From Vicinamibacterales bacterium (GTDB lineage Bacteria > Acidobacteriota > Vicinamibacteria > Vicinamibacterales > UBA8438), in contig OZ241843.1 of the NCBI GenBank assembly GCA_965202695.1, positions 4,352,701 to 4,416,700 of the forward strand: a DNA stretch of 64,000 nt, written 5' to 3'. Shown here piece after piece: positions 1 through 11,096 of this stretch; within the stretch, counting starts at the first letter, position 1, and each line of letters begins with the position of its first letter. The notes under the pieces were generated by a model, which was not told the origin of the DNA, searched no databases, and worked only from the letters and a program-made list of their open reading frames with translations. The position numbers and the translations under genes are program-made.

Positions 1-1
1 T

Positions 2-2251
2 GAGCGCGGCCAGGGTGTCGCACTTCACGCGCTGGTCCGCCTCTTGCAGTAACTGGGCGTATTGTTTCCGTTCCGGCGCGCGTTCGGTGGCCGACACGAA
101 CACGAACGGGTCCAGGTGGACGAGGTGATTTCCGCCGAGGCGCGACGATTGCTCCAGGCGTTCGATCAGCGCCTGCTCCGACGATGACTCCGTGCACACG
201 CAAGGCGGCGGATGGAACAGACGGAACGCGGGCTCGTCGAACACTCGCGTCAACGTATCCGTGACGCCGCCGTCGCAGTCCATGAGCTCGAGGGACTTCC
301 GTGGAACGTCACGAAGCGCGAAAGCGTGGAGCACGGCCGAAGCCGCGTAGGGACGCTCGCCGGCTTTCATGCCGTCCACCGATCCGAGTCCGTCCGGCGC
401 GCACGCGAACGCCCGCTCCTGCGCGGCGCACAGCTTCGACCGCCGCATGGCCGGGTCGTTTGCCGCCGCAGCGTATTCCCTCGCCGCCGGGATCGCGTAG
501 ACGCCCTTGCCGGCATGCGTCTCCAGGACGTGCAGTTGCTTGCGCCACCGTTCGTGCCTGCGGAGCTCGTCGAGCACCGCCAGATAAACGGAGTGCTTGA
601 TGACGTCGCCGCCGTTGCCGGCGTTCTCGTTCTGCTCCGACGCACTCTGGAGGTCCCGCCGGTGCAATCCCATCGTCGTCGTATCCGGTTGCCGCCGTGC
701 TTCCTCTTCGATTCGTTGCCGAACGAAGTCGTCAAGGTATCCCAGGTTCGTGAGATGCCACAGCGTCGACTCGAAGCCGATGCGCAGCCGGTTCGCCACC
801 TGCCCCACCGCATCCGCGGTTTCCAGCGCCTCGGTCAGGGCCGCGACGGCACGTTGCACGAGCGGATTGGGCATCAGGACCATCGCCGCGAAGGCGTTGG
901 CCCGCCGCTCGACGTCGCGCGGGGCCCAGGGGCCGCTGGCCATCGCAAGCCGCGCGCCGGCATCCCTGTCGAACAGCAAGTGGCACAGCTCGTGAGCCAG
1001 GGTGAAGCGGCGGCCGAAGGAATGCTCGTTGACGCTGTTGCCTGAATTGACGACTATCCCCGGCCGATGGCGCTCGCCGTCGAAGGCGACTCCCCTGACG
1101 GTTTCGTCGGACAGGCCGCGATCGACGACTTCGACGCCCAGGGTCTCCAGAATGCGGTCCACGTCCACGAATGCGTTTCCGACGAACGTCCCGTCGAAGT
1201 GATCGTGAAAATGCTCGGCCAGTTCGTACCCCTGACGCCACGAGGGATCCCCGGAGTCCTCGATCGGCGCCGCGCCGCGAATCGATTCGAACGGTCGCGA
1301 AGCGCTTCCGGGGTCGTGGAGGGCAACCATGACGTCGGCAAGCGTCAGCACGTCCGCCTTCCCGACGTTCGGCGCAAGCGAACCGAACATCAGCGCCGCC
1401 TGACACGAACCGGTCACCACGAGCGGCGACGCCGAGGCTTCCAGCATGGCGCGGCGCGGGAGCTCGGCGCACGTCGACAGGTAGCGTTTCGCCCGCTGCC
1501 ATCCGGCGTGAACCGTACGTTCATTCGTTCCCAGTCCGGCCAGCCACATGAGCCGCCGTTCCCGGTGGCGTTCCGCCGCGCGCAGGGCCGCGACGCGCTT
1601 GCGCAGCTTCCGGAAGCGCTCCGATGCCGGCGCGTGTGACAGCAGGTAGTCGCTCGCGCCGGCGAGCGCCTCGTGCAGCGGATCGGCGACCGCCGCCGGC
1701 GGCAGCCGGCTGAAGCCGGAAGCGGACTCCGCGAAGTCGACGTGCTCCGGCATGCCGGCGGTACGCGTCGGCCCCCAGGAGATTTCCACGAAGTCCCGCA
1801 GGCGTCTCACCACGACGTCCGGGAACAACCCGCCGTCGCTCGCCGCGCGCAGCGCATGGCGCATCCACCACGTCTGCCAGTCGTCCTCCCAGCGGGCTTG
1901 CCGCTCGCTGCTCTCGTCCATCGCCGGCGGCGGGAACCGGGTCGCCCGCAGCGACTCCCAGGCGGTGTCGCCGAGGTTCCGCGCCGGCAGGCGTTCCTCG
2001 TGAAGCAGGGGATTCCAGTGCGCCACGAACCACTCGATCAGCGGGAGCAGGTACCAGTGCACGGATTCGATGCGCTCGCCCGCTTCCCGATGCGCGCACA
2101 GGTTCCGGCCTTCGACCCAGAGCTGGAAACTGCCCCAGGAGAGAGAGACGTCGGGATCGGCGGCCTGTCCGCCGTCGGGGTCCTGGCCGAACGCCAGTGT
2201 CAGCGCGAAGGCGCCGGTGTCCCCGGCGAGCCGCTCCCAGCGGGTACTCAT
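2..2251 (-). CDS. Large multidomain protein, C-terminus beyond the left window edge (at least 750 aa). It has an unknown N-terminal region, an ImmA/IrrE-type (COG2856, peptidase M78-like) HEXXH zinc-peptidase core, and an RlmJ/YhiR-like (former DUF519) methyltransferase-fold domain.
   Basis: Absent from the ORF track because it has no stop inside the window. Hand translation of the minus strand from ATG 2251-2249 stays open down to position 2. Motifs seen: SFGRRFTLAHELCH (HEXXH codons at 980-994), NAGNGGDVIKH (593-625), LETHAGKGVY (THAGKG codons 503-520) and HLDPFVF (DPF codons 104-112). These are in the same order and similar spacing as the E. coli RlmJ motifs HAGNHADVLKH / LDTHAGAGRY / IDPPYE. 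Plus-strand ORFs 212..1045, 1067..1639 and 1673..2962 are antisense shadows. Confidence 0.8.
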   Translation of the reverse strand, partial: MSTRWERLAGDTGAFALTLAFGQDPDGGQAADPDVSLSWGSFQLWVEGRNLCAHREAGERIESVHWYLLPLIEWFVAHWNPLLHEERLPARNLGDTAWESLRATRFPPPAMDESSERQARWEDDWQTWWMRHALRAASDGGLFPDVVVRRLRDFVEISWGPTRTAGMPEHVDFAESASGFSRLPPAAVADPLHEALAGASDYLLSHAPASERFRKLRKRVAALRAAERHRERRLMWLAGLGTNERTVHAGWQRAKRYLSTCAELPRRAMLEASASPLVVTGSCQAALMFGSLAPNVGKADVLTLADVMVALHDPGSASRPFESIRGAAPIEDSGDPSWRQGYELAEHFHDHFDGTFVGNAFVDVDRILETLGVEVVDRGLSDETVRGVAFDGERHRPGIVVNSGNSVNEHSFGRRFTLAHELCHLLFDRDAGARLAMASGPWAPRDVERRANAFAAMVLMPNPLVQRAVAALTEALETADAVGQVANRLRIGFESTLWHLTNLGYLDDFVRQRIEEEARRQPDTTTMGLHRRDLQSASEQNENAGNGGDVIKHSVYLAVLDELRRHERWRKQLHVLETHAGKGVYAIPAAREYAAAANDPAMRRSKLCAAQERAFACAPDGLGSVDGMKAGERPYAASAVLHAFALRDVPRKSLELMDCDGGVTDTLTRVFDEPAFRLFHPPPCVCTESSSEQALIERLEQSSRLGGNHLVHLDPFVFVSATERAPERKQYAQLLQEADQRVKCDTLAAL

Positions 2252-2263
2252 AAAGTCACCAAC

Positions 2264-2599
2264 TCAGTCCCAATGTTTCCGAACGTCGCTCCGGCGGACA
2301 CGGCCTTCTTCGATCCATCTGCGCCGGAGGGATTGCGGAACCTGGACCCAGCCGACAGGGTACCCGTGCCAGACGCCCGGGCCGTGCCGCCGCGCGCAGT
2401 ACGCACGGCTCTCGTGAACGGCGTACCGTGCGCCATCGACCGGCACACTGTCGTCGAGCAGGCATTGAGCGGTGCGCCGGTCCACGTCTTCCGGGCAGAT
2501 CGCCCCCCGGCGTCCCCGCTGCCACGGCTCCTTGTGCTTGACGCTTCCCTCGTAGCGCATGGGTGCGGTCGGCTGGTCCCGACCGGAACGGCGGCTCAA
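2264..2599 (-). CDS. Small basic hypothetical protein (111 aa, or 98 aa from the internal Met at 2560) with three Cys and a WHGYPVGW motif. Family not recognised.
   Basis: The ORF translation has non-shadow composition (MRYEGSVKHKEPWQRGRRGAICPEDVD...AYCARRHGPGVWHGYPVGWVQVP). Its stop at 2261-2263 lies 9 nt before the ATG of the downstream large ORF on the same strand. Confidence 0.65.
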   Translation of the reverse strand: MSRRSGRDQPTAPMRYEGSVKHKEPWQRGRRGAICPEDVDRRTAQCLLDDSVPVDGARYAVHESRAYCARRHGPGVWHGYPVGWVQVPQSLRRRWIEEGRVRRSDVRKHWD

Positions 2600-2826
2600 T
2601 CAGGTCGGCGTCAGCGCCGGATGCGCTCCGACACGTCGAACGACGCCGTTCCTCCGGGCCCGCGCCCTCGACGGCCGCTCCAGCGGCGTCAGGGTGTGGA
2701 ACGTGAAGACGCTGGATACGTCCCGCTATCCGTCCGGCGTGCGCATCGGCGTCGGAACTTCCGCATTCCAGACAGCTTACGTCAGGCGCACGCAGCCACG
2801 GCGAGGAAGCCGGGGGAACGCGCCGG

Positions 2827-4350
2827 TCAAGGAAGCCCACGGGCCGGGGGCGCCTGCCCGCCGCCCCGTATCGGCTGCCCGGGGAAGACGCCCTCGACGA
2901 GCTCGCCGTCCCGGACCACGAAGGTCCCGCCGGCGAGGACGTGGCGGATGCCCTCCGAATAGCGGTCGGGCGCCTCGTAAGTGGCCCGGTCGATGACCGT
3001 GTCGGGGTCGAACAGCGTGAGGTCGGCGTCGGCGCCGACCTGGACGCGGCCCTTGGCGGCCATCCGCGGAGCCACGGCCTCGAGCCGTCGGGCGGGCAGC
3101 AGGGTCATCTTGCGCAGGGCGTCCATCAGCGGCAGGGCGCCCCGCTCGCGCACGTAGCGGCCGAGGATGCGGGCGAACGTGCCGGCGCCGCGGGGATGGG
3201 AGCGGCCCGCGCTGAAGGGGATGCCGTCGCTGGCCGCGATGACGTCGGGCTGGGCGACGATCCACTCGTTGGTCGCCTCGGACCGGCCGTGGGTGATGAC
3301 CCAGCCGCCCTGCTCGCGACGGCGGCGGAAGGTCTCTTCGGTCAGCCGCTCGCCGCTGTCGACCCATTGCAGGCGGGCGTAGTCTTCCGGCGGACGCCCC
3401 TCCCAGCCGTCGAACAGGGCCGACTCGATGCGGCTGGCGCTGGCCGTGTAGGGGTAGGCCTCGGTGGTCACGTCCACGCCGCGCGACCGCGCCCCGCGGA
3501 TCAGCTCGAGGGCGGCCGGGGCGGATTCGCCGGCGCTGCTGTTCAGGTGCACGACGTGCAGGGCGGCGCCGGTGGCGGCGGCGTTGGCGACGGCCTCCTG
3601 GAAGGGGGCGATCGCCTCGCGGCTGGCGAACGCGCGGGTCGACCGCAGGTGGATGAACACCGGGACGCGCCGGCCGGCGGCGGCCGCGAAGAGCCGCCAT
3701 ATCTCCTCGTGACCGGCCCCCGGGGTATAGGTGACGCCGAACCCGAACCCGAGGGCGCCCTGGTCGAGCCCCGCCTCCATCACGCGGGCGATGCGGCGCA
3801 TCTCTTCCTCGGAGGCCGCCTCGTAGAGATAGGCGCCGCCGCGCCCCAGCGTGAACGTCCCCTCGTCGTTCCGGCGGGTCTGCACGGCGCCGAACGCCTC
3901 GCGGCGCGCCCCCTGGTGGCTGACCGACGCCCCGTAGTGGATCAGGGACCGCCCCTCGCGCTCCGCGTACCAGGCGTCGACGGGATGGACCCCGATCTCC
4001 AGCTCCAGCGCCGTCGTCACCCCGTCGCGGGCCTGGTACCGCTGGCTGACGGGGTCCTGGCCGTGGGCGTGGAGGTCCACGAACCCCGGCGCGACGACGA
4101 GGCCGGCGGCGTCGAGCACCTCCCGCGCCTCGGGCCGGCCGCCGCCGACCGCGACGACGACCCCGCCGCGCACGGCCACGTCGGCGACCGCGTCGAAACC
4201 GGTCTCGGGGTCCATGACCCGCCCCCCGGTGACGAGCAGGTCCACCGGTCCGACCCCGGCGCCGCCGCCGCACGCGACGGCCAGGCACCACGCGGCGGCC
4301 GGCGCGGCCCACCCTCCGACGCGCCGCCGGGACGCGCATCCGGTCGTCAT
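2827..4350 (-). CDS. N-acyl-D-amino-acid deacylase (D-aminoacylase) family amidohydrolase, probable lipoprotein.
   Basis: Motifs [21 protein letters not shown] and a C-terminal [15 protein letters not shown] are typical of the D-aminoacylase / amidohydrolase 3 family. Start re-picked at MTTGCASRR (ATG 4350). A lipobox-like LAVAC follows. Confidence 0.8.
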   Translation of the reverse strand: MTTGCASRRRVGGWAAPAAAWCLAVACGGGAGVGPVDLLVTGGRVMDPETGFDAVADVAVRGGVVVAVGGGRPEAREVLDAAGLVVAPGFVDLHAHGQDPVSQRYQARDGVTTALELEIGVHPVDAWYAEREGRSLIHYGASVSHQGARREAFGAVQTRRNDEGTFTLGRGGAYLYEAASEEEMRRIARVMEAGLDQGALGFGFGVTYTPGAGHEEIWRLFAAAAGRRVPVFIHLRSTRAFASREAIAPFQEAVANAAATGAALHVVHLNSSAGESAPAALELIRGARSRGVDVTTEAYPYTASASRIESALFDGWEGRPPEDYARLQWVDSGERLTEETFRRRREQGGWVITHGRSEATNEWIVAQPDVIAASDGIPFSAGRSHPRGAGTFARILGRYVRERGALPLMDALRKMTLLPARRLEAVAPRMAAKGRVQVGADADLTLFDPDTVIDRATYEAPDRYSEGIRHVLAGGTFVVRDGELVEGVFPGQPIRGGGQAPPARGLP

Positions 4351-4471
4351 GCGGTTCCCTCCCTCCACGACGTCGCCGGCGTCGACCGGGCTCTCCGCCG
4401 GAACGCGCATCCGGTCATGACGCGGTCCCCTTCCCCCCGGCCTGCCGCCGCCGCGCCCCGCCGCGCGCCGC

Positions 4472-5914
4472 TCACCACAACCCGAGGACCTTCCACCAGA
4501 CCAGGCCGACCGGGATCCAGATCGCGAGGTTGGCGACCGAGGCCTGGAAGCCGACCCGCCACCAGTCCGCGAGGCTGACGTAGCCCTCGACGAAGATGAT
4601 CGGCGACGTGGTCGTCCCGTAGTGGGTCAGCCCGGCGGTCAGGTTGTTGATGAACACGAGGCTGTAGACCACGACCGGGGCCGGCGCCCCGATACCCACC
4701 AGCAGGGCCAGGAAGGGAGGGTACAGGGCGAGGGCGTGGACGGTGGTGCTCGCGAAGAAGTAATGCGCGTAGAAATAGATGACGAGGGTCGCGACGAAGA
4801 CCGCGGCCCACGGCGCCCCGGTGAACCACGAGCCGAACCACTCGGCGAAGACGGTCGCGACCCCGGTGTCGTTCAGCACCCCCCCCATCATCAGGAGGCC
4901 GCCGTACCACACGAAGATGTCCCACGCCGACCGCTCGCCGAGGGCGCTGTCCCAGGTCAGGGCCTGCGTCGTGAACAGCACCGCGATGCCGAGCAGGGCG
5001 ACCAGCGTCGGCGAGAGCCAGCTCACGTAGGACGACGCGACCCAGAAGCCGATCAGCCCGACGAACACCACTCCCACCACCGCCTCGCGGCCCCGGATGG
5101 GACCGAGCGCGGCCAACTGCCCGTCGGCGAACTCGGAGGCGGCCGGCGTCCGCTTCAGCGACGGCGGGACCGCCCGGTACACCAGCCACGGCACCACGAC
5201 GCTGGACACGAGCCCCGGCAGGAGGCCGGCCGTGAACCAGCTCGCCCAGGTGACGCGCACCCCCGCGTACTCCGCGGCCAGTTCGCCCAGCAGCAGGTTG
5301 GCGGCGCTGCTGTAGTAGAACATGGCCGACGAGATGACGCTCCCCTGGTACATGCAGGTCATCAGGAAGGTCGCAAGGACCGCCGACGACGGGCCCGGAT
5401 GCGATTTGTAAAGGCCGGCGACGCCGCGCGCGATGGGGAAGACGATGCTCGCCGACCGCGCGGTGATCGAGGGCACCCCGGTGGCGAGGGTGAGGTCGGT
5501 CAGGTGCATGGCGTAGCCGAGCCCGAGCGACGTGCGGCCGATGGCCCGGATGAACCAGAGGGCGATGCGGCGGGCCAGCCCCGAGTCGCGCAACGCGCGC
5601 GACATGAGCATCGCCGTCAGCACCATCCACACGGACGGGGCCGAGTAGCCGCTCAGCGCCCGATCCATCGGCAGACCGCCGAGCACGATCATGGCGGTGA
5701 TGCCGACGAGCACGATCTGCGACCCCGGCATCGGCTGCAGCATGAGCCCCGCGATGGTCGTGAAGAAGACGGCGACCCGGCGCCAGTCCTGGGCGGCGAC
5801 CCCTTCGGGCGGGGGCAGCAGGTGGGCGATGGCGAGATAGATGCCGGCCAGCGCGAGGAGCCGGCCGGGCCGGACGCGGGACGAGGAGGATGCGCCGGCG
5901 GGTTCGTCAGCCAT
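4472..5914 (-). CDS. DASS/SLC13-family anion (di/tricarboxylate) permease.
   Basis: Polytopic membrane protein. The [14 protein letters not shown]..., [14 protein letters not shown] and [12 protein letters not shown] segments resemble 2-oxoglutarate/malate translocator-type DASS transporters. Confidence 0.75.
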   Translation of the reverse strand: MADEPAGASSSSRVRPGRLLALAGIYLAIAHLLPPPEGVAAQDWRRVAVFFTTIAGLMLQPMPGSQIVLVGITAMIVLGGLPMDRALSGYSAPSVWMVLTAMLMSRALRDSGLARRIALWFIRAIGRTSLGLGYAMHLTDLTLATGVPSITARSASIVFPIARGVAGLYKSHPGPSSAVLATFLMTCMYQGSVISSAMFYYSSAANLLLGELAAEYAGVRVTWASWFTAGLLPGLVSSVVVPWLVYRAVPPSLKRTPAASEFADGQLAALGPIRGREAVVGVVFVGLIGFWVASSYVSWLSPTLVALLGIAVLFTTQALTWDSALGERSAWDIFVWYGGLLMMGGVLNDTGVATVFAEWFGSWFTGAPWAAVFVATLVIYFYAHYFFASTTVHALALYPPFLALLVGIGAPAPVVVYSLVFINNLTAGLTHYGTTTSPIIFVEGYVSLADWWRVGFQASVANLAIWIPVGLVWWKVLGLW

Positions 5915-5944
5915 GACCGGGGCGCCGCTCAGGCGTCTGCCGGG

Positions 5945-7150
5945 CTACGACACCCGCTCCAGCACGGCCGCGAGCCCCTGACCGACGCCGATGCAGAGGG
6001 TCACGAGGGCATACCGCCCCCGGCAGCGCCCGAGTTGCCGGGCCGCGGTCAGCGCCAGCCGTGCGCCCGACGCGCCCAGGGGGTGGCCGACGGCGATCGC
6101 GCCGCCGTTCGGATTGACGCGGCTGTCGTCCTGGTCGATCTCCAGCAGCTTCAGGCACCCCAGCACCTGGGCCGCGAACGCCTCGTTGATCTCGATGACG
6201 TCCAGGTCCGCGACCGACAGCCCCGCCCGCGCCAGGGCCTTCCGGCTCGCGGGCACCGGCCCCAGGCCCATGACCCGCGGCTCGACCCCGGCCGCCGCGG
6301 CCGAAACCACCCGCGCCAGCGGCGCCGCGCCCGCCCGCTCGCCGGCGGCGCGGCTTCCGACGAGCAGGGCGGCGGCGCCGTCGTTGATGCCCGAGGCGTT
6401 GCCGGCGGTCACCACCCCGCCTTCGAAGAGCGGCGGCAACGCGGCCAGCTTGTCCAGCGAGGTGCCGGGCCGGGGATGCTCGTCGTCGGCGACCGTCGTC
6501 CGCTCGCCGCGCTTCCGTCCCGGCACCGTCACCGGATCGAGCTCGTCCCGGAAGAAGCACGCGGCCTTGGCGCGGGCGAACCGCTGCTGCGACGCGAGGG
6601 CGAAGCGGTCGGCGTCGGCGCGGGTGACGTCCAGGTCGGCGGCGACGTTGTCGGCGGTCTCGGGCATCGCGTGGTCGCCGTACCGCGCGGTGGTCCGGGG
6701 GTTGGAGAACCGCGACCCCAGGGTGCTGTCGTGCACCGCGCACTGCCGCCCGAACGCCCGCTCCGACTTCGCCATCACGAACGGGGCGCGGCTCATGCTC
6801 TCGACCCCGCCGGCGACGAACAGCTCGCCCTGGCCGCACGCGACGGCCCGCGCGGCGTCCACCACCGCCGCGAGCCCGCTCGCGCACAGCCGGTTGACGG
6901 TGATCCCGGCGACCTCCACCGGCAGCCCGGCCAGCAGCCCCGCCCGCCGCGCCACGTTGCGGCAGTCCTCGCCGGCCTGGTTGGTGCAGCCGACGACGAC
7001 GTCCTCCACGTCTTCGGCCCGGAACGGGCTGCACGCCATCAGGGCCGCGATCGGGCCGGCCAGCAGGTCGTCCGGGCGCACCGGGGCGAGGGCCCCGGCG
7101 TGGCGGCCGAACGGGGTGCGGATTCCGTCGTAGATGAAGGCGTCGGTCAT
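5945..7150 (-). CDS. Acetyl-CoA C-acyltransferase / 3-oxoadipyl-CoA thiolase (thiolase I family).
   Basis: Has IYDGIRTPFGR, the active-site segment VNRLCASGL, NEAFAAQ, a C-terminal GGAIAVGHPLGASG and CIGVGQG. Start re-picked at MTDAFIYDG (ATG 7150). Confidence 0.9.
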   Translation of the reverse strand: MTDAFIYDGIRTPFGRHAGALAPVRPDDLLAGPIAALMACSPFRAEDVEDVVVGCTNQAGEDCRNVARRAGLLAGLPVEVAGITVNRLCASGLAAVVDAARAVACGQGELFVAGGVESMSRAPFVMAKSERAFGRQCAVHDSTLGSRFSNPRTTARYGDHAMPETADNVAADLDVTRADADRFALASQQRFARAKAACFFRDELDPVTVPGRKRGERTTVADDEHPRPGTSLDKLAALPPLFEGGVVTAGNASGINDGAAALLVGSRAAGERAGAAPLARVVSAAAAGVEPRVMGLGPVPASRKALARAGLSVADLDVIEINEAFAAQVLGCLKLLEIDQDDSRVNPNGGAIAVGHPLGASGARLALTAARQLGRCRGRYALVTLCIGVGQGLAAVLERVS

Positions 7151-7262
7151 GGTCGCGGGCCCGGTTCCATTCCGAAAGGCCCTCATTATACGTGGGCGGC
7201 CCGGCGGCGGGGCGGCGCCGGGCCCACGGTCCCGCCGCCTGCCGTCCCCGCGTCCGCCGCGC

Positions 7263-9491
7263 TCACAGGCCGTCGATTATCGCGTTGAGGGTCGGGCTGG
7301 GCCGCATGGCCCGCTCGACCCGGGCGTCGTCGGGACGATAGTAGCCGCCGACGTCCACCGGCCGCCCCTGCGCGGCCAGCAGCTCGCCGGTTATGGCCGC
7401 CTCGTTCTCGGCCAGCCGGGCCGCCGCGTCCGCGAAGCGGGCCTGCAGCGCGCGGTCCTCGTCCTGCGCCGCGAGGGCCTGCGCCCAGTAGAGCGCGAGA
7501 TGGAAGGTGCTGCCCCGGTTGTCGATCTCGCCCGCCTTCCGCGACGGATAGCGGGCGTTCTCGAGGTAGGCCTCGATGGCCCGGTCCAGCGTCTTCGCCA
7601 GCAGCGCCGCCCGGGCGTTGCCGGTCCGGGCCGCCGCCAGCTCGAGCGACGGCACGAGCGCGCAGTACTCGCCCAGCGAGTCCCAGCGCAGGTGCCCTTC
7701 CTCCAGCATCTGCTCGACGTGCCTGGGGGCGGAACCGCCGGCCCCGGTCTCGAAGAGCCCGCCCCCGGCGAGCAGGGGGACGATCGACAGCATGCGGGCG
7801 CTCGTGCCCAGCTCGAGGATGGGGAAGAGATCCGTGAGGTAGTCCCGCAGGACGTTGCCGGTCACCGCGATGGTGTCCTCGCCGCGCCGCACGCGGGCCA
7901 GCGTGAAGCGCATGGCGTCGACCGGCTTCAGGATGCGGACGTCCAGCCCGGAGGTGTCGTGCCCGGGCAGGCAGGCGCGCACCCTGGCGATGATCTCCGC
8001 GTCGTGCGCGCGCGCCTCGTCCAGCCAGAACACCGCCGGCGCGCCCGACGCGCGCGCCCGGCTCACCGCGAGCCGCACCCAGTCGCGGATCGGCTCGTCG
8101 CGGGTCCGGCACATGCGGAAGATGTCGCCGGTGCTCACCGGCTGCTCGAGCAGGACGCCGCCGCCGGCCGCGACGACGCGGATCGTCCCCGGGCCGGGCC
8201 CCGTGAACGTCTTGTCGTGCGAGCCGTACTCCTCCGCCCGGCGCGCCATCAGCCCGACGTTGGACACGTTGCCCATCGTGGCCGGATCGAACTGTCCGTG
8301 CCGCTGGCAGTCCTCGACGATCGCCTGGTACATGGTGGCGTAGGAACGGTCGGGCACCATCGCCACCGTGTCCTGGAGTTCGCCCGCCGCGTTCCACATG
8401 CGGCCGCCGTCGCGCACGACGTTGGGCATCGACGCGTCGATGATGACGTCGTTCGGCACGTGCAGGTTGGTGACGCCCTTGCGCGAGTCGACCATTGCGA
8501 GGGGCGGCCGCATCGCGTACACCGCTTCGAGGTCGGCCTCGATGGCCGCGCGCTGCGCCGCCGGCAGCGCCTCGATCTTCTCCAGCACCCCGGCGAGGCC
8601 GTGGTCGACGTTGGCGCCGGCCGCGCGCAGGGTGTCGGCGTGCTTCCGCAGGGCCGGCTCGTAGTACACCGACACGCAGTGGCCGAACATGATGGGGTCG
8701 GAGACCTTCATCATCGTCGCCTTGAGGTGGAGCGACAGCAGGACCCCGTCGGCGCGGGCCTCGTCGATGGTCCGTCTGAAGAAGGCGCGCAGCGCCGCCG
8801 CGCCCATGACCGCCGCGTCGACGACGTCGCCGGCCTCGATCGGCGTCTTCTCCTTGAGGACGGTGACCGCCCCGCCGGCGTCGACGAACTCGATGCGCGC
8901 GTCGCACGGCCGATCGACGGTGACGGAGCGCTCGCTGCCGAAGAAGTCGTTCTCCTGCATGTGGGCGACCCGGGTCTTCGACCCCGAGGCCGGCCAGGGC
9001 TTCATCATCCGGTGCGGATGCTTCTGCGCGAACCGCTTCACCGCGGCGGCGGGCCGGCGGTCGGAGTTCCCCTCGCGCAGCACCGGGTTCACCGCCGACC
9101 CCAGCACCGCCGCGTAGCGGGCGCGTACCGCCTCTTCGACCTCCCCCGCCGGTTCCTCCGGGTAGTCGGGGACGTCGAAGCCCTGGCCCTGCAGCTCGGC
9201 GACGGCCGCCTTCAACTGCGGAACGGTGGCGCTGATGTTGGGCAGCTTCACGATGTTGGCGTCCGGCGTCCGGGCCAGCGCGCCCAGGGCCGCGAGGTGG
9301 TCGGGCACCCGCTGGTCGCCGCGCAGGCGGTCGGGGAACGCGGCGAGAATGCGCCCCGCGAGGGAGATGTCGCGGGTCTCCAGTTCGACCCCGGTCCCCC
9401 GCGTGAACGCCCGCACGATCGGCAGCAGGGCCCCGGTGGCCAGCGCCGGAGCTTCGTCGATCTTCGTCCAGATGATGGTGGCAGATGACAT
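7263..9491 (-). CDS. icd: Monomeric NADP-dependent isocitrate dehydrogenase (about 740-aa type).
   Basis: Opens with [26 protein letters not shown] and has the length (742 aa) of monomeric IDH. Start re-picked (ATG 9491). Confidence 0.9.
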   Translation of the reverse strand: MSSATIIWTKIDEAPALATGALLPIVRAFTRGTGVELETRDISLAGRILAAFPDRLRGDQRVPDHLAALGALARTPDANIVKLPNISATVPQLKAAVAELQGQGFDVPDYPEEPAGEVEEAVRARYAAVLGSAVNPVLREGNSDRRPAAAVKRFAQKHPHRMMKPWPASGSKTRVAHMQENDFFGSERSVTVDRPCDARIEFVDAGGAVTVLKEKTPIEAGDVVDAAVMGAAALRAFFRRTIDEARADGVLLSLHLKATMMKVSDPIMFGHCVSVYYEPALRKHADTLRAAGANVDHGLAGVLEKIEALPAAQRAAIEADLEAVYAMRPPLAMVDSRKGVTNLHVPNDVIIDASMPNVVRDGGRMWNAAGELQDTVAMVPDRSYATMYQAIVEDCQRHGQFDPATMGNVSNVGLMARRAEEYGSHDKTFTGPGPGTIRVVAAGGGVLLEQPVSTGDIFRMCRTRDEPIRDWVRLAVSRARASGAPAVFWLDEARAHDAEIIARVRACLPGHDTSGLDVRILKPVDAMRFTLARVRRGEDTIAVTGNVLRDYLTDLFPILELGTSARMLSIVPLLAGGGLFETGAGGSAPRHVEQMLEEGHLRWDSLGEYCALVPSLELAAARTGNARAALLAKTLDRAIEAYLENARYPSRKAGEIDNRGSTFHLALYWAQALAAQDEDRALQARFADAAARLAENEAAITGELLAAQGRPVDVGGYYRPDDARVERAMRPSPTLNAIIDGL

Positions 9492-9785
9492 GGTGTCCCC
9501 GAGTACGGCGCAGAGCGGCCCGCGCCGGAGGCCGCGCGGGCGTACCGACGGGGCGGTCACCCCGGCGGGAGCGGATCCCCCGATCGTACCCGATCCGGGC
9601 GGCCGGCACACGCCGGGCGCGCCCCGGGAGTGCGCGTCGAAAAAGCGAGACGCCGCCGGGGGCCTCCGGCGCGGCTGGTTCTCGCGGCCTCGGTGCTCGT
9701 TCCGAGGACCTGGAAGCCGGGAACGACACCGTAATCGACGACCGCGACGGCGCCGACGAGCACTCGTCTCACCCGCCCGGGCCGA

Positions 9786-11096
9786 CTACGAAGCCCGGGG
9801 TTCGCAGACGTCCTGATGCTCCCGCAGCCACTCGAGCAGCGCTTCGGCGGCCCACCGGTGGCCGGTGGGGGTCCAGTGGGTGTCGTGAGGCCAGCTCGCG
9901 TCTTCGACCCGGCCGCCCTGGCGGATGACGTAGTCGTGCTGGCTGACGACGGGAAAGCCCCGCGCCGCGGCCATGGCGTTCAGTCCATCGAAATCGTCCG
10001 TCCCCGGGGATCCCAGATCCGACGGCGCCAGGACGACCACCGTAGCGCCGTCGCGGTCCGCGCGCGCCTTGAATTGATCGAGGGCGAAGCCCGTCGTTTC
10101 CAGGGCGTCCCGGGACCAGGGCGGCAAACCCACCGCTCTGACCGCCTTCGGGTCGTCCGGGGTTCCCTCCAGCCGGCCCAGTCTCCAGTTCACCCAGAGT
10201 GATGACCGGGGCCTCCGGACCCTCCACCCGTCCAGCAGGCGCGCGTAGCGGGGGCGCCGCCTGAACGACTCCGCCCGCGCGCGCTGCCTCAGCATACGCT
10301 CGCGGCGGCGGGTCGAGAGCCCCCCCCTCCACTCCCTGGCGTACAACCAGTCCACGAGGAAGGACCCGGACGCGGTGCGATGCGCCATTATGTACGCCAT
10401 GTACGCCCGTACGTCCGGGTGGGGAGGATGCAGTCCGATCTTCCCGTCCTCGTTTCTCGACGCGGAGGCGTAAGGTATCCGATCGGGGTCCCACCATCCG
10501 CGGTCGAGCGCGCTCAGGATCGCGGAGTTGTCCCGGACGTCGTTGAGATAGGCGACGAGCACGAGGAGCCGGGGATGCAGATGCCGCGCGTACTCGTCGT
10601 AGAACGGCAGTTGGGCGACCTGCCCCGTACCGCGCATCCCGAAGGCGGACGTGGTGACGTCCAGGTGGGGCAGTTCCCGGGCCGCGAGGGCTTCCAGCCG
10701 GACGTGGAACTTGTCGGCGACGGCGACCTCCCTCGCCTCGACGAAGGAATCGCCGATCACCGCGACGTGGCAGCTCGCGGCGGCGCGTTCGGGGGCGGGG
10801 GGTTCGCGGTCGAGGAAGCCCAGGCTGCTGGTCTGCGAGACGGTCCAGAAATCGAGGTGGTTCGTCCAGCGCACTTCCGTGTCGGGTTCCCAGACGACCC
10901 CCACGCCGGGGACGAATCGCCGGGGGAAGTCCCGCTCGAAGAACGGCGTCGTGAGCCGAAGCCAGGCTTCGCCGGCGAGCCCGATCAGCGCGAGCCCCGC
11001 CGCGAGCAACGACACGTTCCAGCCGACCAGGCGCAACGCCCGGCGGAGGTGACGAAGGGATGACGCCCGCGTGGTCGGTAGCAGCGTTTTCGCCAC
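9786..11096 (-). CDS. Membrane-anchored SGNH-like / AlgX-AlgJ-type (DHHW-like) putative O-acetyltransferase or esterase.
   Basis: N-terminal TM segment, a GDS block (VAVIGDSF), AYLNDVRDN, and C-terminal DTHWTPTGH resembling the AlgJ/AlgX DxHW signature. GTG start at 11096. Confidence 0.65.
   Translation of the reverse strand: MAKTLLPTTRASSLRHLRRALRLVGWNVSLLAAGLALIGLAGEAWLRLTTPFFERDFPRRFVPGVGVVWEPDTEVRWTNHLDFWTVSQTSSLGFLDREPPAPERAAASCHVAVIGDSFVEAREVAVADKFHVRLEALAARELPHLDVTTSAFGMRGTGQVAQLPFYDEYARHLHPRLLVLVAYLNDVRDNSAILSALDRGWWDPDRIPYASASRNEDGKIGLHPPHPDVRAYMAYIMAHRTASGSFLVDWLYAREWRGGLSTRRRERMLRQRARAESFRRRPRYARLLDGWRVRRPRSSLWVNWRLGRLEGTPDDPKAVRAVGLPPWSRDALETTGFALDQFKARADRDGATVVVLAPSDLGSPGTDDFDGLNAMAAARGFPVVSQHDYVIRQGGRVEDASWPHDTHWTPTGHRWAAEALLEWLREHQDVCEPRAS

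Noticed and set aside
2777-9729. Long ORFs 2777..4339(-), 2941..4578(+), 4347..5630(-), 4622..7288(+), 5907..7034(-), 7134..9488(+) and 7186..9729(-).
   Set aside because: All are Arg/Pro/Gly-rich shadows overlapping genes with convincing homology: D-aminoacylase, DASS permease, thiolase and monomeric IDH.
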